Positions 1 to 10,870 of a stretch of DNA of 24,593 nucleotides are shown in pieces. Source of the stretch: Ginkgo biloba. Taxonomy: Eukaryota > Plantae > Ginkgophyta. The stretch is taken from the NCBI GenBank assembly GCA_024626585.2, contig JANKJI020000001.1:18012148-18036740 (forward strand). Reading direction: 5' to 3'. The position numbers and the translations under genes are program-made. Position 1 is the stretch's first letter. The number at the start of each line of letters is the position of its first letter. Under the pieces are notes generated by a model. That model was not told the DNA's origin. It was given only the letters and a program-made list of their open reading frames with translations, and made no database searches.

Positions 1-164
1 GTCCCTTCAAAGTCCCCTCAGAAGAAATATTTTAAGATATTTTATAACCCATTTAATAATTTTCCTTTTATTTATTATAACTATCTTTTAAACTTCGAAA
101 AATTTGGTTGTATGATGTTCAATTAGGCCATTTTTTGCATTTTTCATGATCTTACGATTTTACG

Positions 165-530
165 TTTTCTCGTAAAACTTGTAGTTTCTTGTGGTAGTAA
201 TTCCTCATGGAAATGGAATTTATTATGATGATAGTTTCTTGTCTCTTTGAAAATTTTTGACTTATTCGGTCTCACAAACTTTATAATTTATCACAAAACG
301 TTATGACTTTGCACGATCTCGCGAACCTTGCACTTTCTTGCGAACTTTGTATCTTCTCACGTCTTTGCGACTTTGGCCTTTTTGTGTGACTTTATGAACT
401 TGTGCGACTCTTGAAACTTTGAATTTTTTTGTGAAATTTACACAATGTCGTAAAAATTAAATATCTTCATGATCTTTGTGGAATCTCATGAACTTTGCAT
501 TTTCTCATGACAGTGCAACTTATCATGACG
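165..530. repeat. Degenerate ~19-bp minisatellite (consensus ~CTCGCGAACTTTGCATTTT)
   Basis: Variants ctcgtaaaactt (169), ctcacaaacttt (271), ctcgcgaacctt (318), cttgcgaacttt (337), ctcacgtctttg (356), tttgtgaaattt (428), gtcgtaaaaatt (447), ctcatgaacttt (485), ctcatgacagt (504). Several neighbours are exactly 19 bp apart. Confidence 0.65.
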
Positions 531-914
531 ATGTATTTTTGGTAGTTTTCATAGGCCAAACTTTTGAGGCCATAAATTTTGAATACAAAATATATTTTTT
601 AAAAATGAGATATCATATAAAATGTATCAAAATATAATTTCTAATTGTAAAAATTTAAAACTCTAAAAATTTATGTATTTTCACAAAAATCCTTTGTTAT
701 CTCATAAAATAATTTTCTAGCCATCCTATTGTCTTGACACTTAATAAAATCACTATTCACACTAATTTCTTACTATTTTCACTTGGAACATTAAAAAAAC
801 CTAAACACTTATTTTGGACACCTTATAAGGTGGATTATTCATGAAATTATCATCTCCTCACCACCATAAATATTGAATTTGATACAATCTTCTTCTTCAT
901 TAGATTTGACCCGA

Positions 915-2164
915 ATCAACATTCTAAAGGAGAAGCTAAAAAATTTGATGATAAAAATTCCAAGTGTATTTTTAATAGTTATAGTGAGGTAAGAAAATAT
1001 TACCATATATATGAATTAAAAAATAAAAAGGCACATATAACTCTGGATACCATATTTGAAGAAAGTGACAAAGAGCTTGACATGGGTGCATTATAGTTTA
1101 GTAAGACAAAGGGAAATAAATTAAGAAACAACCAAAATAAAGTTATTTGAGGTGANNNNNNNNNNNNNNNNNNNNNNNNNNNNNNNNNNNNNNNNNNNNN
1201 NNNNNNNNNNNNNNNNNNNNNNNNNNNNNNNNNNNNNNNNNNNNNNNNNNNNNNNTTATGATAGAACCTAAGAAAATATACCATGAGGATGCAAATAAAA
1301 TTTTGAGATATTTGTAGGGGACTTTGTATTATGGTCTTGAATTTATTCAAAATAAGAATTTTAGATTGGAGGGGTTATCTATTTCAGACAGAGTTGATGC
1401 ATTGATAGTAGAAAGTATACTTTTGATATTGATTTAGTATTGGTTTAGATATAATTACTTAGATAAGTAATAGAAAATCTAATTTTATCCTCTCATTGAT
1501 TGAAAAAGAGTATAAGTATGTAGTTTGAGCAACATGTGAGGCCATCTGGTTGATATATATTCTTGGTGACTTGGGACTTCATCAAGAATATGCTANNNNN
1601 NNNNNNNNNNNNNNNNNNNNNNNNNNNNNNNNNNNNNNNNNNNNNNNNNNGTTTCATTCTTTCACCAAACACATAGAGGTGCATCATAAATTTATCAGGG
1701 AGAAAGTATAAAATGACAAGATTGATCTAATTTATAGGCCCACTAATGAATAGTTGGAAGATATTTTTACTAAACCATTGGCATATGACAAGTTTGAAAA
1801 ACTTAGAGAAGGTCTTGGTGTAAAATCCAATGAAGTAAAAATTAAGGGGGAGTGTTATACTTAATGTTTACTTTGGTTATTTATTATACATTTATTTTAT
1901 TCAATAGAGTCATGACTTAATGTTATGGGTCCTACTCATTTATGAGGCTCATAGGGTTCACTTTATTATTTAATGGTCCTTGGAAGTCATTGCATGGACA
2001 ACATGTGTCCTTTGTATGTGTGGGAGTTACTAATTAAAACTTTTATTTATGTGTATATTATACCCATTCATTGATGGTATAGAGTAATTCTTTACCTAGT
2101 AGACTAATTCTACCACTCATATTTTGTGTTTTGTTATGCTCTTTAGATCTTGTTCCTTTCAATA
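915..2164 (+). mobile_element. Ty1/copia LTR retrotransposon remnant (integrase C-terminal region, RT end, RNase H, PPT, 3' LTR), degraded
   Basis: Manual translation: KKFDDKNSKCIFNSYSE (~937-990; cf. KLDDKSEKCIFVGYS), KILRYL*GTLYYGL (~1295-1340), CIDSRKYT...ITxIS...EKEYK...ATCEAIWL (~1398-1555), FHSFTKHIEVHHKFIREKV...LEDIFTKPL...KFEKLREGLGV (1652-1822; copia RNase H end). Domains are in copia order, with stops and frameshifts. Confidence 0.92.
1841..2164 (+). repeat. Polypurine tract and putative 3' LTR (~310 bp) of the copia element
   Basis: attaagggggag (1841-1852) is followed immediately by TGTT at 1853, just after the end of pol. A likely LTR end ...ctttcaata (decayed ...caaca) lies at ~2164; this right boundary is inferred. 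No 5' LTR copy was found in the window. Confidence 0.7.
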
Positions 2165-2667
2165 ATAACTAAATTAAGTACCCCCTCTTTAAAATTTTAA
2201 TTATGAATAAGAGGTGTAAAATGGGAATGAAGTCATTCCTTTATCCTCAAACAGTTAATCATTGAGGAATGACCCATTTGTTATANNNNNNNNNNNNNNN
2301 NNNNNNNNNNNNNNNNNNNNNNNNNNNNNNTAAGCACCTTTGTAAAAACCTTTGAGATAATGAATGGGCCTAACCATCAAGGATTCAATAGGTACATATA
2401 ATTTTATTAGTAGCTTTTTAAATCATATAACTAAGTCACCTTATATAAATTTATGATATATAACCTTTATATTATATAAATATTTAATTAATTTAGAATG
2501 TGCTTCCAAATTTTCTAAGGCCCTAAGATGAGTATCATCTAATTATTCTATATCAATAAGTCAAATGGAATAATCATCCATTGTATACAAATAATAATGA
2601 AAAACTATCCTTAATGTAGAGATCTACATTTCAATTGGAAGATTATTTTCTTATATGGTGTATATAC

Positions 2668-2894
2668 TAACTTTTTTATTTTTTAAGAACTAGGGGAATC
2701 GATAGGCAAAGCCAGTTTTGTCACCATAGATAATGGTTTGAGATGAGACTACCCCTATAAACCCTAGACATAAGGAAAAAACCCCTCACTATTAATGGAT
2801 GGTAAATCAAGGGGAATATAACCTTGATCCAATGGGTATCAACCTAAATCCATGACCATTGCGCCAAACCCCCGAGGGATAAATTTTTTATTTT
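2668..2894 (-). mobile_element. tRNA-derived SINE (~200 bp) with target-site duplication
   Basis: Minus strand: A box TGGCGCAATGG (2866-2856), B-box-like GGTTATATTCC (2823-2813) 32 bp downstream, and an A-rich 3' end at ~2684. Flanking direct repeats taacttttttatttt (2668-2682) and taaattttttatttt (2880-2894) match at 14/15. Confidence 0.75.
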
Positions 2895-3769
2895 AATTAA
2901 TTGAGTTATGTTTTGTAATTTTTTTCTTAAATAAAGTGTATGGAAATAATATTATCTTTAATATATATAAAAAGGAATGTTCTCTTTAATCATAGGTAGG
3001 TAATATGATCTTATAAATATATGTAATAGTAAATAGTCACCATAAGCAAGAGCATTTAGNNNNNNNNNNNNNNNNNNNNNNNNNNNNNNNNNNNNNATAT
3101 TTGTGGTATACTATAAAAAAAAATTTTGTTAATTAATGGAATATGTTTTTTTGTCAAACTATATAATGAAGGAATAGTGAAGAGGTTTAGTTAAGTCATT
3201 TTCTACTAGTTGCATAGAAATAAATATATGTAGGCAAAAAACTACATCATCATTAGATTCAATCTCCTTTGATGTTATGAAATTGTATTAGCATATTATT
3301 TTATAAAAATATAACATTTACACATGTTTGTTGCATGTTTCTAGGAAAAAGCACATTTATATTTTTGTAAGATATGAAAATACTTTCTCCTAATGTACCT
3401 TTCTTGGCTAGCTTCCAATTAATAGGTTTGATTATTTACCATATCAAGGGGTAAAAAATCACTCAAGGAATTAGGGAATTTAATATAATCCTTATTCTAT
3501 ACAGACAAAAAATAATAAATTGAAATTTTGTTGAGAATTATGATGATCTCCCCATAAATTTTACAAAATTTAGCATCTTCATCACCTTGCTTAATGTCTC
3601 ATACACATCTATGGACATGGTTTAATATTTATAATCCTTATATTCATTTTTTAATTTATTTGTATATAAATTATAACCATTAGTTTTCTCATCTATTTAT
3701 TCATCTAGTTGTACCCATTCTACTCATTCATTAGGAGCATTGCTAACTAGTTTTATAGATTAAGAAAAA

Positions 3770-4871
3770 AACTATCATTATTGTTTGTTTCTATGTGTAA
3801 TAGCCATTTTATTAGTTCTAAAAGTGATTATTACATTTTATTTTCCTAAGCAAGGTCTCTAAATCATCATAGGATATCCTTTAATATCCTTTTTTTTTTA
3901 CGAGATCAAAAAATTAGATAGATATTTGCAAATTTATACCAAAACTAGGATGTCATCAATCATCCCCTTTGTTAATACTAATGGCCAATATATCATTTAC
4001 AACATAGTATGGATATTTTGTAAACCCTTATGTCCAATGATTTCATATTATGTACTATTAAAATTTTAATGGAAACCCCCAAATTAATTAGTGCTTTATC
4101 GATTTAGGTATTTCCAATTTCTACATTGAATAATGGAATGTTGGGGTCTCTATATTTCTAGATAGGTTCTTTCCCTAGAAGAACATTAAATGTAGCTCTG
4201 ACAACCTTAATCCTAGTAGGATCCTTTATCCTCTTTCGAATTTTAGAGCACATTGTCCAGACTTGTGCATAGATTGTAGTATCCTGGACAGTTTGAGTGA
4301 AGGGAATTATGAAAACATGCTCCAATTCATCAACAAAATTAAAATGCTAATTATCCTTTCTTCAATCTTTGTGGAAATGGTACACTGTGTTCTCTCTGTG
4401 TAGGAAGTGCATCCTTGTATTCTTCAATAATTGCACTACTCTTTTTCGTTGTGTTCTCCTTAGAAAAGTTTGTTTGAGCATAAAGTGACCCTGACACATG
4501 GTTGCATATGCATGATTGTGTCTTGTGATATTGGAGCTTGTGGGGGGTGGTTGTTTGAATTCCCATTGATATCAAAGTATATGCAATATATTGTTTTGTT
4601 GCTCCTATAGGGTTGGGAACAACTTGGGTAGGTAATGTCAATGGTGCAGATTTGGGTATGTCTTGAAGAGTACTTGGTTGGCCTGGCTTGGTTGGTTATG
4701 ATATAGGAGAAGGTAAATATTGTGCAAAAGCACCACACTATTAAGGGTAGGCATATTGGCTAATTGGGTCTACAAATGGTTGCCCTCCAAAGGAGTAATA
4801 GCCATAAGGACGGGTAGGACAATTTTCTCATCTAGCATAGCTTGAAGGATAATATTGTGCCTGCATTGAAT
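3770..4871 (-). mobile_element. Ty3/gypsy (non-chromovirus, Athila/Tat-like) gag C-terminus plus aspartic protease remnant
   Basis: Minus-strand translation: Pro/Gln-rich stretch, VPFPQRLKK (~4385-4357), FNFVDELEHVFIIPFTQTVQD, KYRDPNIPLFNVEIGNT*IDKALINLGVSI (~4158-4068; cf. KxxDPGxP...ALIDLGASIN), GMIDDILV, GYPMMI*RPCL (cf. PLILGRPWL). Many stops. Confidence 0.85.
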
Positions 4872-6910
4872 NNNNNNNNNNNNNNNNNNNNNNNNNNNNN
4901 NNNNNNNNNNNNNNNNNNNNNNNNNNNNNNNNNNNNNNNNNNNNNNNNNNNNNNNNNNNNNNNNNNNNNNNTTCCTTTTAAAAAAATTACTTGATTTTAT
5001 AAAATGGAAAAAATTATATTTTGTCTACTAAAAATTCCTTAAAAATAACTTTATGTTCATACACTACATGTTAAGGGATTTCATACTAATCGTTGGAACT
5101 ACTAATAATATGCATGCTAATTAAGAGAATATTTTTCATTTATAGACCTTAATAATATATAAATGGACATTCTAATAATTAGTGTGTAAATCCATGGAAT
5201 TATTTACTTGGCATACAAATCCATGTGAGTATACACACTTCCACATTTTTAATAATCCTAATGATCCAAACTCATTTTTTGCTAAAAATTTGACTATTTT
5301 CTAGCAATTGTTTTATATTCAAGAACTATTTCCATCTCTTAAAAATAAATTTAATCCTACTTAGCATCCCACTAGATTTAATTCATCCAATTTTATATAG
5401 AATTCTTATTAAAACATCTAGATAACAAGGAATGCATCGATTTTTAATTGTTATCTTATTAAAGACTTAAAAATTGATTATAAATATGATTTCTTTGGAG
5501 GCTAGGGATATATTTGAGAATTCATTACCAAACCCTAATAAATTCCATTACTAATAACTTTTGTTGATTCTACATTGAAAATTCATTAGTTCTTATGATT
5601 ATAACAAGCTAAGCTCCCATTTTGTAGCATATTAATCTTAGAGAGTTTATAAATTTACCATAATTATTCTATTAGATTATCCATATAGAAGATTATTCCA
5701 TTGATTATTATCTTCTTCTATCACTATCAATTGATATTTCACCTTGATAATCCATAATGTAAGGTAAACTAAATTATGATTATCACATTTGTTTCATGAT
5801 TGAGATTCAATCCAATTTGGATAGTTGATAATAAGGGGAAATATCATTGGAAGGTAAACTAATTATAAAATAAAGGCATTTAATGAATGAAATATAGGCT
5901 ACTATTTTAAAAAAACTTGACTTTCTTGAATTCTACTATTTAGTATCAGTGTATGACTACATTACATGTATTCTCATTTGTTAAATGTTGAAAAACAACT
6001 TGAATTACACTCAAATTTTCATAGGAAAATAGAATTTTAAAAATTTAAATTCATCATTTAAAACTTTTTGGATTTATCTTTATTGGAATCACCATTATTT
6101 ATAAATTATTTTTTCATTCATGTTGTGTTTTGAAGTGCTATAATTTTCCAACATTCTTGAAGTCTAAACTCTAGACTTAATTATTGGATATAGGTTTGAA
6201 TTATATATTTTGATTAAATATTAAATTCAAACATATATAACATTCATAAAGTAGATTTTTTTCAACATATTCCATTATTGTAAAATATGGTTCCTATGAT
6301 CTAAAAACTTCCAATTTGCATTGCATCAGTAGACCAATTACTCTCTTCAAGTTCATTATAAATTCTAAATGTTAATTTTTAAATTTTCATGAATATTCAC
6401 ATCTAATACACATGATTTAATATATATTATATAATTTATTTCTATTATTCTCCTTATAATAGTGATTCTCATAGTCTATATCCATAATCCAAAGAATAGA
6501 TGCTCTCCCCCAAACTTAGTCAAAATGATTGGACCAAATAATTAGGAGGTACAGGGCTACTCCCTGGAGAACCTTGAACATGTGTATGTGTGTGTGAAGG
6601 GTGTTTCGTGTGTGACAGTGAAAAGTGAAATAAACTACAAATAAGAAAATAAACAAAGCAAGACCCCCATTTTTTATTAATTTTACATTTGAAAAGAAAT
6701 TATGAAAATGAATTCCCCTACCCCTTTTTCCTTTCCCAAATATGAAATGCAATATGAGATGCATCATAGTTTATTTCATTTATTTCTTTAGGATAATAGG
6801 ACAAAGACTANNNNNNNNNNNNNNNNNNNNNNNNNNNNNNNNNNNNNNNNNNNNNNNNNNNNNNNNNNNNNNNNNNNNNNNNNNNNNNNNNNNNNNNNNN
6901 NNNNNNNNNN

Positions 6911-9300
6911 CCAATAGAAATATCTCTAAATATGATTCGGTGTGTTAAATACGGAAAAGTTCCCACCATATAGTGATTAATGATCTTTACATAATAATTA
7001 TACTCTTCGTGATCCCTATAATATATATAACATGCTCATTTGATAAATGAAAACCTCAACTATGTGGTAATCCATAAACTATTCCCTATAATACTTATAG
7101 GGATTTCATAAAGATATCATAATATGTTCAAATGATAAATATGTTGCATATAACTCCCTCTCTATTTTGGATAAACAAGGAACTTTGTTTCTATGAGACC
7201 TATAACAGTCAAAGTTGCCAATCTACTTAGAAAATTTCTATCTTATTCTATATGCCCTTATTATAATTAATAACCAAATGGAACTACTAGAGATAGGAAA
7301 TCCATTTCATGTTTCAATACTCCTTGATATAGGAATAAGGTTATAATAAATATAATGGTTAATGACTATGTGAAAAATGGTATCCTTGGCCAATAGATAA
7401 TGATGGAAATATTTCATGGCCTAAATAAGAGCATAGATATCCTTGTCATAAGTATAATGTTTAGTCTTAATTGTAGTGAATGTATCTAAATTATATACTA
7501 TTGGTATACCCTCCTATTTAATTAATGCACCAATAACATACTATGATGCATCGATATCAACCTCAAATGGAAGATAAACATCTAGAAGCACCAAAATAGG
7601 GGTTAAATAAAGAATTTCCCTTAACCAATAAAAAATATATTATTGTGTTGAATTCTTGATAAATGTCTAAATCTTCCTCATAATCTTAAGAATAATATAT
7701 ATAATCTCTAAAGAGAAAGGAATGAACTACCTATAAAAAATAGCTAGAGCCAAGAAAATCCTAAGATTATGTAAAGTAGTACAAAGGGGACAATATTACA
7801 AAACCATAACCTTAGTTGATTCCATATGTGCTTCATCCTTTTAAAATATTAACCCAAGGTATTAAACTAAAGTCTACCCAAAATAACATTTGAACTTATT
7901 AACATGAATCTTATGCTTGTGCAATTACTTGATAACTAAGCAAATATTTTATAAATGCTCCTACCAGATCTTATTGAAGGTCAAGATGTCATCAACCTAA
8001 ACCAATATAAGCTCATCTAAAAAGGGGTGAAATATTTCATTCATAATCCTCATAAAGATGGATAGATCATTAGTTAAACCAAATTATATGACAATCCACT
8101 CAAATATTCCAAATCGCATCATAAAGTCACTCTTTTATATATCCTCTAGCTTCACTCTNNNNNNNNNNNNNNNNATATCATAATTGAAGATAAATTTTAT
8201 TGAAATACAATGCTCCAAATAGCTAATTAATCAAATAATAATTTTATAGTAGTGGATAATAATTATTTATCATGATTTTATTTAATTCCCTATAGTTAAT
8301 ACACAACCTCCATGTTCTATCCTTCTTAGGGACTACAAGGATAAGTGATCCACAATACCACAAAATAGGTTGAAGAAATCCATCCTCAATCAATTGGAAA
8401 ATTTTCCTCTTTTACTCTCCTAAACTAGATATATAAGTNNNNNNNNNNNNNNNNNNNNNNNNNNNNNNNNNNNNNNNNNTTAATCTAGTGCTCTACATCT
8501 CTCACTAGAGGAAGACCCTTTAGCTCCTAAAAAATATATAAATAGGAATATAATATGGTAGTAAGCTCTAGTTAATACTACTCATCACCACTCAACTTCA
8601 TACTAGATAAACATTTTGTAAAACCATCTTATGGCCTAATAATAAGAAGTATGATAGATGATCTATGTTAGCAAGCCTTTTTGTCTTACTTATGAGAGAC
8701 CAAAAAAATAGAAGTTGACCTAGAATGGATGTGATAAGAATTACCATTCCTTATCAATATATACACATTAGTAGATCCATTATATGTATCATGCTTATCA
8801 AACTTAGATGGAATTAATAATATAAAATCATTAAATCCAATGGGTACTACAACACATAACACCTCAGCCATATAATACTAAATGGAAAACCAAACTATGA
8901 AAACCCTACCTACATGGATACTTATTTGACCAACAGTGACCCATATAAGGGAATATATATAAGGATACAACTATGTATGAATTTTAATAACACAAAAAAT
9001 ATGAGATAAAACCAAGATCTTCATGCTTCTTAATAATTATGTTAAGACCCCTTTGTCCTAACTCTTTCATTTTGATCTTTATTATAATAAAGGATTTGGA
9101 TTCATATGCTTTGTAAGTCATCCCTTGAGATATTAAGAATAATCCCACATACTTTGGAAATAGTAGTTAGCTTGAGAAGAACTAGTATACATATGTTATA
9201 TAGGCTATTATGGAGGTGCCATGAATTTCTTTGTATTGAGATTGCTCAAATGAGGTTGGCCCCTCAAAGAGGCTCACAATATGTAATGCAACTCTAATAT
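6911..9300 (-). mobile_element. Ty3/gypsy chromovirus-type (CRM-like) pol remnant: protease-RT-RNase H-start of integrase
   Basis: Minus strand: AEVLCVVVPIG...FDKHDTYNGSTNVY (~8870-8760, protease region), [21 protein letters not shown] (~8336-8275), FGIFEWIVI*FGLTN...LV*VDDIL (~8115-7982, RT core), PFEVDIDAS...TYDKDIYALI*AMKYFHHYLLAKDT (~7570-7380, RNase H), YGGNFSVFNT (~6970-6940, integrase Zn-finger region). Gypsy domain order; riddled with stops. Confidence 0.92.
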
Positions 9301-10379
9301 TTTTTTGCTATAAAGTTATCTTCTTTAATTTTAAAAGCATAATCTCTTATATTTTATATTTGGGTTAACTTGTTGCTAGAAGGAACACAACATCTAGTAT
9401 GAGAGAAATTTCTAAGGCTATCTTCTACTGCAACTATAGTTTTTTAGTGCCATTTTATAGCTTCCCACCGTATACTCTCACCTTCCCTTCGTAGATCTAG
9501 GTGATTAGAAAGTAGTACAGAAGTGGAGGCACTAAGATTTTTTATCCCAAACTAGTCATTTTTATTCTCTATTTTTTATTTTATTTTTAAGCAATCAACT
9601 GTGTTCTAATAGTTTTAAAACTCACAAAAAGTTATCATTTTGGTCCAAGCAGTTATCAATTTTACCTAAGCCATGGAGTGAGGGGTATTGTCCCAATATG
9701 CATGCCATTAGATAGCGTTGCATATGGATTTGACCTTCCATGTACCTTTGTATATATCATAAGACCCCTTANNNNNNNNNNNNNNNNNNNNNNNNNNNNN
9801 NNNNNNNNNNNNNNNNNNNNNNNNNNNNNNNNNNNNNNNNNNNNNNNNNNNNNNNNNNNNNNNNNNNNNNNTCTCATATGCACCCTAGTTATAACTATAC
9901 ATTCTTCCCTTTCATCATTATCATTGATATAATGAAATACTTCCTTCTTATCGAGAGAATAAATCTTCTTCTAATGGAAAGTTTTGTGAAGAATCTCATT
10001 CACTAATTAGAATATTCTTCATGAAATGATTGAATTGTAACTCTTTAAAATTATTATCTATATCTAGGGTAATATATTACTCATTAGAATTGTATGAGAC
10101 TACATGAAAAAACTCATGGAACTTCTAAGATCAACGAGTGGAGAATTACTAGCCAGGATCCTAATAGTGGATCACTATGGATGTTCATTCCTTTCAAGAG
10201 ATCACCTATGGGACTAGTCTCATTAGGAGTTTCACTAATGGTGATAATTAGGCCATCCTATACTTCATGGATACAATTTTGTTAGATAGAATTTGCACAA
10301 ATTTAGATATTTTGATTGTGTATCCTTCATTATAACCTTATGGCATGCTAGGGATGATCTCAAGTGAGGCAGGATTAGG

Positions 10380-10870
10380 AATTTTACCACTTCTCTAGAG
10401 TCACTCTTCATATTATAAGCATGCATCAATCATGTATTATAGTGTATGGATTAGGGTATCTTCTATCCTAAATTTATAGTCTAGCAGAAGACCATTATAA
10501 TAGTAGGTGTATCATTTTATGAATGGGAGGTTGGTATGGCTTATTTTAACTTTAGGAACTTGGTGGTAAATTCCTTAATGGACTCACCTAGATTCTGAGA
10601 GATGTTTGTGAAGGTCCTAATAACTTATGTGCAATCAATATTGATAGTGAATTTCTAAATAAATGAGGTATTTATCTCAACTCATGAGAAAATAGATTGG
10701 GGAACTAGAGAGTAGTACTAGTTAATGGCATCACCTATGAGGATTTAACAAAATCCACATTGTGATCTATTATAATGAAACCCCAAGAGTAGCACATACC
10801 TCAAGGTAAACCTATACATGGTAATTTAGATTTCCATCTAACTTTCCATAATATTTAAGCAAGGGGATGG
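10380..10870 (-). mobile_element. Retrotransposon gag (capsid-like) remnant, Ty3/gypsy type
   Basis: Minus strand: PLLKYYGKLDGNLNYHV*VYLEVC..., LIGDAIN*YYSLVPQSIFS*VEINTSFI*KF, NISQNLGESIKEFTTKFLKL. This matches the gag pattern L.G.A..WY.SL...SI.SW..L...F...F....Q..GESI..F..RF. Confidence 0.75.

Noticed and set aside
4971-6500. Possible very old copia gag/integrase remnant on the minus strand
   Set aside because: Only faint hints (an FSR-like motif near 5030); too decayed to support by eye.
6500-6790. PPT-like ctaagtttgggggagag on the minus strand
   Set aside because: Not followed by a TG LTR start and no matching LTR was found.
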